Origin: Pseudodesulfovibrio piezophilus C1TLV30
GTDB taxonomy: Bacteria > Desulfobacterota > Desulfovibrionia > Desulfovibrionales > Desulfovibrionaceae
Direction of reading: 5' to 3'
Assembly (NCBI RefSeq): GCF_000341895.1
Contig: NC_020409.1
Span: 660,001 to 692,000, forward strand
Length of the DNA: 32,000 nt
Numbering within the stretch: the stretch's first letter is position 1; each line of letters starts with the position of its first letter. The notes below the pieces were generated by a model. That model was given only the letters and a program-made list of their open reading frames with translations, had not been told where the DNA came from and made no database searches. A program made the position numbers and the translations under genes. This document shows, one piece after another, positions 25,406 through 32,000 of the stretch.

Positions 25406-26985
25406 TCATCCTCTCCGCATTGGGCCGTGGTCTGATCCAGCTCCAAATCCAATGCCCCACAATACAAAGCCTCCTGCAAATCGCCCTGAATGGCTCCGAG
25501 TCCCCAGAGCACTGGTCGAAAGCCACGCCATCGCCTATCCACAAACTGCCGCAATTCATCTAACCCACATTGTCCATGCAGCAGTCCCTGGTCATAAAGA
25601 TGCCCTGTGACTCGAAGACCACAAAACCCTCCCTGACATGGACCTTTGCCAACCCGGCTCCGAACTCCCACACTCTGCATCATGGATTCGCCGTGCATCG
25701 CGCCCATATTCTCGACAATGGTATCTATTGCACTCTTTGCCACCATTTCACATTCGCACATGATAAGATCATCCTCATTACGATTGCCAATCCACGATTT
25801 TGGCGCAAATCCAGCCTCTGTCCAACGCCCCATGGTGGAAGGAGGCAATGGTTCAAAACGGGTTTGACAAGGGACATCCACACCAAGTTTAGCACACACC
25901 ATATCGGCAGTTTGCTCTGCCATCAGGCGATACGTGGTCAATTTTCCCCCCGTAATAGTCACGAAATTTTCCACGTTGTCACGGCTATGATCTATGAGCG
26001 AAAACCCCCTACTGACACTTCGAGCATCACCATGCTCACTTGAAAGAACCAGAGGACGAACACCTGCATATGCACGAATATAGCGAGTTGTTTCCAGCAT
26101 GGGGATCATGGCCCGAGCATCATCGATGATAGCATCAGCCTCCTGAACCGTAGGGCGACACAAGTCAGGATTCTCCACAGTGATCGAAGTCGTCCCCAAA
26201 ATGGACACAGTCCCTCCCGGCACAAGGATATCGGAATCAGCTGCCTGTCGCAGACGGTTAATAACCCTTGTGGCAAGCCTGTCCTGTGTCACCAGCAGAC
26301 TCCCTGATGAATACAATATATGGATATCGGCTCCTGCAAGCGCAGCGACAATTCCTGCCCAAGCTCCGGTGGCGTTGACGACCACCGATGCTTCAACTTC
26401 AAACAACTCGCCTGTGGCTTCATTAAGGAATCGTGAGCGTTGAATATGACCGTTCTCAATCATAAAACTGATAAGCTGAGCCTTTCGAAGAAACCGTGCC
26501 CCCAACTCCTGAGCCTGAGAAAGGTTGTCGAGAGAGAGCATGAAAGGATCGATCGCACCGTCTTCCACTTCATATGCCGCGATCAGATGTTCGGACAAAA
26601 CAGGTTCAAGAGCTTGAGCCTCTGCCAAATCCATTTCGCGAACCGAGACGGAACTTCGATCACACATACCCTGGAAGTCAGCTATATAATTTTCATCATC
26701 CCCTTGTACCGCGACAAACAACCCTCCGGTCTCCTCCACACACTGAGGTGCCAGTCTCCTCATTATAGCCCCTTCTTCTGCACACTCAACAGCCGCTTCC
26801 ATGTCGGATGCGACATAGCGCGCTCCACTATGCAAAAGGCCATGATTGCCGCCGGAAGCACCGGAATTAATATCCCGACGTTCCGCGAGAAGGCACTGCA
26901 CACCCCTCAGAGCCAGGTCCCTAGCCAAACCTGTTCCAGTGGCTCCGCCACCCAAAATAAGAACCGTGGTCTGCAAAATCTTCAT
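25402..26985 (-). CDS. glpA: Anaerobic glycerol-3-phosphate dehydrogenase subunit A
   Basis: The track start is TTG 27015; ATG 26985 gives MKILQTTVLILGGGATGTGLARDLALRG...GNHGLLHSGARY. A C-terminal BFD-like Cys motif (CECE...C) is present. Confidence 0.9.
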   Translation of the reverse strand: MKILQTTVLILGGGATGTGLARDLALRGVQCLLAERRDINSGASGGNHGLLHSGARYVASDMEAAVECAEEGAIMRRLAPQCVEETGGLFVAVQGDDENYIADFQGMCDRSSVSVREMDLAEAQALEPVLSEHLIAAYEVEDGAIDPFMLSLDNLSQAQELGARFLRKAQLISFMIENGHIQRSRFLNEATGELFEVEASVVVNATGAWAGIVAALAGADIHILYSSGSLLVTQDRLATRVINRLRQAADSDILVPGGTVSILGTTSITVENPDLCRPTVQEADAIIDDARAMIPMLETTRYIRAYAGVRPLVLSSEHGDARSVSRGFSLIDHSRDNVENFVTITGGKLTTYRLMAEQTADMVCAKLGVDVPCQTRFEPLPPSTMGRWTEAGFAPKSWIGNRNEDDLIMCECEMVAKSAIDTIVENMGAMHGESMMQSVGVRSRVGKGPCQGGFCGLRVTGHLYDQGLLHGQCGLDELRQFVDRRWRGFRPVLWGLGAIQGDLQEALYCGALDLELDQTTAQCGEDE

Positions 26986-27199
26986 AATATTAATTCCAAT
27001 GATACCAGCATACAATCATGCTCGGAAGAGCTTTGCCTTATGGCAAACTTTTCTTTTCTCTTGTAGCAAAAAAATTGAAATGCTATATTCTAAAAAAGAC
27101 TTTTTTGTATATTCCAATGAAGAGAATATCCAAATGTTACTCAAATTCAAACTTTGCGTCATTATTTTTTTCACTTTCGATCAGAAATCACTGCCTTTT

Positions 27200-27219
27200 T
27201 ATTTTCAATAACGAACCTT
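27200..27219. promoter_or_regulatory. GlpR-operator-like site in the glpA/glpR divergent region
   Basis: TATTTTCAATAACGAACCTT matches 17 of 20 positions of the E. coli GlpR operator consensus as I recall it (WATGTTCGWTAWCGAACATW). It lies 20 nt upstream of the glpR ATG. Confidence 0.35.
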
Positions 27220-27238
27220 CTCAAGGATAAAAATCTCC

Positions 27239-28057
27239 ATGTCATATATGGACAAGAAGCAGGAGCACAGGGGAAAGCATGCCTCAGTTCGCACCCGACA
27301 CAACCAGATAATAGAGCTTGTCAGGGAACAGGGTTTTATTGCCATAGGGACCTTGGCAGGCCACTTCTCCGTCACGCCGCAAACCATCAGACGAGATATC
27401 AATACCCTGAGTAAACGAGGACTTCTCCAACGTCATCATGGTGGGGCAGGTCCCATATACAGTACCGAGAACGTGGATTACACGGATCGCAAGGTTCTCT
27501 GCCTCAGAGAAAAACAAATCATTGCACAGCTCGTGGCAAAGCACATTCCCTCACGGTCATCCCTCTTCATTAATATGGGAACCACTACCGAAGAAGTTGC
27601 TAAGGCACTGATACACCATAAATGGCTCAGAGTTATTACCAACAACCTCAATGTGGCAAAAACATTAAGTGGTAACAGTGATATTGAAGTCATAGTAACC
27701 GGAGGACTGGTTCGCCCCAAAGACTGCGGTATAGTCGGAGAGGCTGCAATTGATTTTATACGCCAGTTCAAGGTGGACTATGGCATCATCGGCATCAGCG
27801 GAGTCGATATGGACGGCACTCTCTTGGACTTCGACTACAGAGAGGTTACTGCAGCAAGATCCATCATTGAAAACTCACGAAAAGTATTCCTTGTGACCGA
27901 CCATACGAAATTTGGCAGAAATGCCATGGTTCGTCTTGGCAATATCCAGGAAGTTGATGCCATGTTTACAGACAAACATCCTCCGCTCGAATTGATGGAG
28001 GTCATGCGGCATCACGACATAGATCTGCATGTCGGGACAGGTGAGAGAAGCCTGTAG
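27239..28057 (+). CDS. glpR: DeoR-family repressor, GlpR-like
   Basis: 272 aa with an N-terminal HTH (RHNQIIELVREQGFIAIGTLAGHFSVTPQTIRRDINTL). It has a C-terminal DeoR sugar-phosphate-binding domain and is divergent from glpAB. Confidence 0.85.
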   Translation: MSYMDKKQEHRGKHASVRTRHNQIIELVREQGFIAIGTLAGHFSVTPQTIRRDINTLSKRGLLQRHHGGAGPIYSTENVDYTDRKVLCLREKQIIAQLVAKHIPSRSSLFINMGTTTEEVAKALIHHKWLRVITNNLNVAKTLSGNSDIEVIVTGGLVRPKDCGIVGEAAIDFIRQFKVDYGIIGISGVDMDGTLLDFDYREVTAARSIIENSRKVFLVTDHTKFGRNAMVRLGNIQEVDAMFTDKHPPLELMEVMRHHDIDLHVGTGERSL

Positions 28058-28090
28058 TCTTTTTTTAAGCCGAGAAGCAAGGTATATGGC

Positions 28091-28108
28091 ATATTCGCTT
28101 GCGAACAT
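28091..28108. promoter_or_regulatory. GlpR-operator-like palindrome upstream of the ABC transporter operon
   Basis: ATATTCGCTTGCGAACAT has the dyad core TTCGC-TT-GCGAA. It matches 14 of 18 positions of the recalled core ATGTTCGATAACGAACAT. It lies between the glpR stop and the ABC start. Confidence 0.45.
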
Positions 28109-28185
28109 TTTGTAGCAATGATATGTCGAATACTGATAAACATATTCCTATTTTGACCAGAACCGATCATCGGGGAGACTCAATT

Positions 28186-29265
28186 ATGGGCTTGCAACTT
28201 CACGGCGTCAGCAAAAGAGTAGGACAAGAAGTCCACCTTAAAGACATTGATCTCGAGTTTGAATCGGGTTCACGATATGTCATTCTTGGTCGAACACTCG
28301 CTGGAAAAACATCCTTACTCAGAATCATGGCCGGTCTTGATCGCCCAAGCACCGGTCGAGTCCTGGCCGACGGTCAAGATGTCACTGGTGTCTCAGTTCG
28401 TAAACGCAGTGTAGCTATGGTCTACCAGCAATTCATCAACTACCCTTCCCAGACTATATACGAAAACATCGCCTCTCCCTTGAAAATTCATGGTCTGGAT
28501 AAGAGCGAAATAGACAACCGAGTCCGGAATACCGCCCGCATGCTTCACATAGACGGCATGCTGGGCCGACTCCCTGCGGAATTATCAGGAGGTCAACAGC
28601 AACGGACAGCCATAGCTCGCGCACTGGTCAAAAATGTCGACCTTCTCTTACTGGACGAACCTTTGGTTAATTTAGATTACAAACTTCGAGAAGAATTACG
28701 TGATGAGCTACAAAAAATTTTCATCCAACGTGACTCTGTGGTGGTCTACACCACGACAGAACCGACTGAAGCATTAATGCTCGGGGGACATGTCATCGTC
28801 ATGCATGAAGGTAAAGTGCTCCAAGTTGGGCCTACTGCTGAGGTATATCAAAATCCAGCAACCACTCAGGTTGCCGAAGTTTTCAGTGATCCACCAATCA
28901 ATTTCATGCATGGTGACATCCATCAAGGTCAGGTCAATATAGGAGAAAGTCTTAGCTTCAAAGCTCCCCCTGCCATGAATGACTTACCTCCGGGAAGTTA
29001 TACTTTTGGTATCCGGTCAAGCCAACTGAATCTCACCTGTCCAAGTGACAAATGTGCCTCCATTGCTGGTGAGATCGGATTAAGCGAAATCAACGGCTCC
29101 GAAACCTTTATCCATTTTACTTATGGGAAAGATTCTCTTGTCGTTCAGGAGAACGGCATTCACTCCGTCAAAGTGGGGAATCGGGTCAAAGCATATATCA
29201 ACCCCGGATCCTTTTATGTCTTCAACGGAGCAGGCAAGCTTATGACTTCGCCTGACAATGCATAA
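28186..29265 (+). CDS. ABC transporter ATP-binding protein 1 (glycerol/sugar importer type, MalK/UgpC-like C-terminal domain)
   Basis: The track start is 28099; ATG 28186 has SD GGGGAGA. Walker A GRTLAGKTS, signature LSGGQQQR and Walker B LLLLDEP. The H-loop position reads TTTEP rather than THD. Confidence 0.85.
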   Translation: MGLQLHGVSKRVGQEVHLKDIDLEFESGSRYVILGRTLAGKTSLLRIMAGLDRPSTGRVLADGQDVTGVSVRKRSVAMVYQQFINYPSQTIYENIASPLKIHGLDKSEIDNRVRNTARMLHIDGMLGRLPAELSGGQQQRTAIARALVKNVDLLLLDEPLVNLDYKLREELRDELQKIFIQRDSVVVYTTTEPTEALMLGGHVIVMHEGKVLQVGPTAEVYQNPATTQVAEVFSDPPINFMHGDIHQGQVNIGESLSFKAPPAMNDLPPGSYTFGIRSSQLNLTCPSDKCASIAGEIGLSEINGSETFIHFTYGKDSLVVQENGIHSVKVGNRVKAYINPGSFYVFNGAGKLMTSPDNA

Positions 29266-29277
29266 GCAGGGGATACC

Positions 29278-30363
29278 ATGGCGCGCATCGAACTCAATGA
29301 AATTAAGCACAGTTACCACTCTCATCCATCGAATGAAGATGATTTCGCTCTAAAACGCATCCACACAACATGGGAAGACGGTGGCGCATACGCTCTGCTC
29401 GGCCCTTCCGGTTGTGGTAAAACAACGATGCTCAATATCATCTCAGGCCTTCTCAAGCCATCACATGGATCAATTCATTATGATGATGTCGATGTCTCAT
29501 ACATGCAACCGGAACAAAGAAACATTGCCCAAGTTTTTCAATTCCCTGTTTTGTATGACACAATGACCGTATATGAAAATTTGGCCTTCCCGTTGAAGAA
29601 TAGAAAGGTTCCCTCTGAAGAAGTGAACAATCGAGTTCTGGAAATAGCAGAAGCGCTTGATTTGACACAAGACCTTCATAAAAGGGCAGCGGGACTTTCC
29701 GCTGATGCAAAACAAAAAATATCGCTTGGCCGGGGCTTGGTGAGAAAAGATGTTGCCGCAATTCTATTCGACGAACCTCTGACAGTGATCGATCCACATC
29801 TCAAATGGGATCTTCGTCGCAAACTCAAAGAGATACACAAAGAATTCAAGCTTACCATGATCTATGTCACCCATGATCAGGTAGAAGCAATGACCTTCGC
29901 AGATCAGATAGTCGTCATGTATGAGGGTGAGATCGTTCAGATGGGTACCCCTGAAGAATTATTTGAGAACCCGGAGCACACCTTTGTTGGGTATTTCATC
30001 GGCAGTCCAGGAATGAATTTTATTGAATGTACACTCGATGGTACTTCAGCTCAACTCGAAGAAACCGTCATCCCTCTCTTACCTGCCTATGCCGAGAAGG
30101 CTACGAAAAAAGGCGGCAAAATCAAAATAGGCGTTCGTCCCATGTATGTTGAAATCTTTGATAACATTATCGAAGGCGGCATCCATGCTGAAATTATAAG
30201 CATTGAAGATCAGGGATTTTGCAAAATCATTACAGCCCAATTCGGTGAAAATCAGGTCAAAGCTCGTGTTGATGAGAACAGAATCCTTTCAAAAGGTCCT
30301 TGCTGTCTTTTCTTTCCGCCGGAAAAAACAAAACTCTACTGTGACGAACGTCTGATCAAATAA
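29278..30363 (+). CDS. ABC transporter ATP-binding protein 2
   Basis: 361 aa. Walker A GPSGCGKTT, Walker B ILFDEP and H-loop VTHDQVEA. The signature position is degenerate (LSADAKQK). Confidence 0.85.
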   Translation: MARIELNEIKHSYHSHPSNEDDFALKRIHTTWEDGGAYALLGPSGCGKTTMLNIISGLLKPSHGSIHYDDVDVSYMQPEQRNIAQVFQFPVLYDTMTVYENLAFPLKNRKVPSEEVNNRVLEIAEALDLTQDLHKRAAGLSADAKQKISLGRGLVRKDVAAILFDEPLTVIDPHLKWDLRRKLKEIHKEFKLTMIYVTHDQVEAMTFADQIVVMYEGEIVQMGTPEELFENPEHTFVGYFIGSPGMNFIECTLDGTSAQLEETVIPLLPAYAEKATKKGGKIKIGVRPMYVEIFDNIIEGGIHAEIISIEDQGFCKIITAQFGENQVKARVDENRILSKGPCCLFFPPEKTKLYCDERLIK

Positions 30364-30375
30364 AGAGAGGAAATC

Positions 30376-31248
30376 ATGAATAAATGGGAAAACAATAGAG
30401 CATGGTTCCTCGTCCTTCCCGTCTTCGTCATTGTCGCTTTCAGTGCAATTATACCACTCATGACGGTCGTCAATTATTCCGTTCAAGATATTTTCGGGCC
30501 AGGCCAACGGCTTTTCGTTGGCATAGAGTGGTTTAAAGAAGTTCTTCTCGACCAACGTCTTCATGACGCTTTATTCAAACAACTCGCTTTCTCATGTTTG
30601 GTATTACTCATTGAAATGCCCCTTGGGATCATTATCGCACTGATGATGCCCAAGAAAGGATGGGCTTCATCAGCCTGTCTCGTCATCCTTGCCCTTCCGC
30701 TCCTCATTCCCTGGAATGTAATCGGAACTATATGGATAATATTCACTCGACCCGACATCGGACTTTTCGGCGCTCTCATCAACAGCGCAGGAATTACCTT
30801 CGATCATACTGCAAGTTCCGTTGATGCCTGGATAACACTGATGCTCATGGAGGTCTGGCATTGGACACCTCTTGTTGCCCTACTAGCCTATGCAGGACTT
30901 CGAGCCATTCCCGAAGCATATTATCAGGCAGCCAAAATCGATGGAGCTTCCTCGTGGGCAATCTTCCGTTTTATCCAATTACCAAAGATGCGTGGAGTAC
31001 TCACTATTGCTCTTTTACTTCGTTTCATGGACAGCTTTCTCATCTATGCCGAACCTTTTGTCCTCACTGGTGGGGGACCGGGGAATGCAACAACATTCCT
31101 ATCCATTTATCTGGTCAAAATTGCGGTCGGACAATTCGACCTCGGTCCGGCTGCAGCATTCTCTCTCATTTACTTTCTCATAATACTACTCTTCTGCTGG
31201 CTCTTCTATCAAGCATTGCAGGCAGTTGGTACGGGGGACAAATCATGA
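30376..31248 (+). CDS. ABC transporter permease (UgpA/MalF-type)
   Basis: 290 aa with 6 TM segments and the EAA-loop region AAKIDGASSWAIFRFIQLP. Confidence 0.85.
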   Translation: MNKWENNRAWFLVLPVFVIVAFSAIIPLMTVVNYSVQDIFGPGQRLFVGIEWFKEVLLDQRLHDALFKQLAFSCLVLLIEMPLGIIIALMMPKKGWASSACLVILALPLLIPWNVIGTIWIIFTRPDIGLFGALINSAGITFDHTASSVDAWITLMLMEVWHWTPLVALLAYAGLRAIPEAYYQAAKIDGASSWAIFRFIQLPKMRGVLTIALLLRFMDSFLIYAEPFVLTGGGPGNATTFLSIYLVKIAVGQFDLGPAAAFSLIYFLIILLFCWLFYQALQAVGTGDKS

Positions 31249-32000
31249 CATTCAAAAAACGCCACATAGGACTGTTATTCTATCTGATCCTGCTTTTTTT
31301 GCCCATCTACTGGATGCTCAACATGTCATTGCGCACAAATGCTGACATAATGAACACCTTTGCCTTGTTCCCAGGTCACCCGACCCTTGAAAACTATATG
31401 AAGATTTTTACGGATTCTTCATGGTATTCCGGCTATATCAACTCGATCATTTATGTAACCATCAACACTGTTATTTCTCTTCTGTCCGCTTTACCTGCCG
31501 CGTACGCGTTTTCACGCTACAAATTCATAGGCGACAAACATGTCTTCTTCTGGCTTCTGACAAATAGAATGGCCCCGCCTGCTGTCTTCCTGCTGCCCTT
31601 CTTCCAACTCTATTCCACATTCAATCTCATCGACACCCACTTCGCCGTCGCTCTTTCGCATTGCCTGTTTAATGTACCTCTCGCAGTCTGGATTCTTGAA
31701 GGATTCATGTCTGGTGTTCCACGCGAAATAGACGAAACCGCATTCATCGACGGATACAGTTTCCCTCGCTTTTTCATCCGGGTTTTCATTCCCCTCATCC
31801 GAGCAGGAATTGGTGTGACTGCATTCTTTTGCTTCATGTTCAGTTGGGTGGAACTGTTACTCGCCCGGACGCTCACAACCACTGCGGCAAAGCCCATAGC
31901 CGCAACCATGACACGGACAGTCAGCGCAACTGGTCTTGATTGGGGATTATTGGCAGCAGCCGGAATCCTGACCATCGTTCCTGGTGCACTTGTCATCTGG
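31245..32000 (+). CDS. ABC transporter permease (UgpE/MalG-type), 3' end beyond the window
   Basis: Not in the track because there is no stop inside the window. ATG 31245 overlaps the upstream stop (ATGA). Hand translation gives MTFKKRHIGLLFYLILLFLPIYWMLNMSLRTN...IDETAFIDGYSFPRFFIRVFIPL (EAA loop). The frame is open to the window end. Confidence 0.85.
   Translation, partial: MTFKKRHIGLLFYLILLFLPIYWMLNMSLRTNADIMNTFALFPGHPTLENYMKIFTDSSWYSGYINSIIYVTINTVISLLSALPAAYAFSRYKFIGDKHVFFWLLTNRMAPPAVFLLPFFQLYSTFNLIDTHFAVALSHCLFNVPLAVWILEGFMSGVPREIDETAFIDGYSFPRFFIRVFIPLIRAGIGVTAFFCFMFSWVELLLARTLTTTAAKPIAATMTRTVSATGLDWGLLAAAGILTIVPGALVIW

Noticed and set aside
20968-27066. Long plus-strand ORFs (20968-21597, 22106-22807, 25570-26043, 26440-27066)
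   Set aside because: All are antisense shadows within glpK, the Hdr-like genes and glpA. Those minus-strand products carry strong family motifs.
28086-28101. TGGCATATTCGCTTGC upstream of the ABC operon, looking like a sigma-54 promoter
   Set aside because: The GG-to-GC spacing is 11 nt rather than the required 10 nt. The sequence is better explained as part of the GlpR-operator-like palindrome.

Overview
The window has three blocks. No rRNA gene or CRISPR array was seen.

(1) 1-7530: the right-hand part of a Tn3-family transposon.
- tnpA is on the minus strand and its 3' end runs off the left edge. It is absent from the ORF track because it has no stop codon inside the window.
- A res-type divergent intergenic region and tnpR follow.
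- The passenger DNA is a complete sigma-54 module in the E. coli zraP-zraSR layout. It comprises a ZraP/Spy/CpxP-like periplasmic protein, a small SHOCT membrane protein, a -24/-12 promoter, a sensor kinase and an NtrC-type activator.
- The element ends at a 39-bp Tn3-type terminal inverted repeat (7492-7530).

(2) 7531-13967: an integrative element next to tRNA-Ser(UGA) with six genes, all on the minus strand.
- They are a P4-type tyrosine integrase, an unknown ~255-aa protein coupled to int, an AlpA-type regulator and an HTH replication-initiator-like protein. That gene contains four phased 22-25 bp iteron-like repeats.
- The last two are a 761-aa polytopic protein that looks like an orphan DotA/TraY (type IVB secretion) homologue and a 195-aa two-TM protein. 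The latter sits where IncI plasmids carry the exclusion gene.
- The distal att repeat was not found.

(3) 13968-32000: core chromosome typical of an anaerobic, probably sulfate-reducer-like deltaproteobacterium (inference).
- It carries a Fur-family regulator, a membrane PilZ protein, an HdrD/GlpC-type Fe-S protein, an Fe-alcohol dehydrogenase and an acyltransferase-3.
- A glycerol regulon follows: glpK, then glpA-glpB with a NarI-like/HdrC-like fusion plus HdrB-like protein in place of GlpC, then glpR.
- It ends with a glycerol-type ABC importer that has two non-equivalent ATPases.

The most unusual items are the orphan TraY/DotA-like plus exclusion-position pair, the iterons inside the rep-like gene, and a transposon that carries a self-contained sigma-54 stress circuit.
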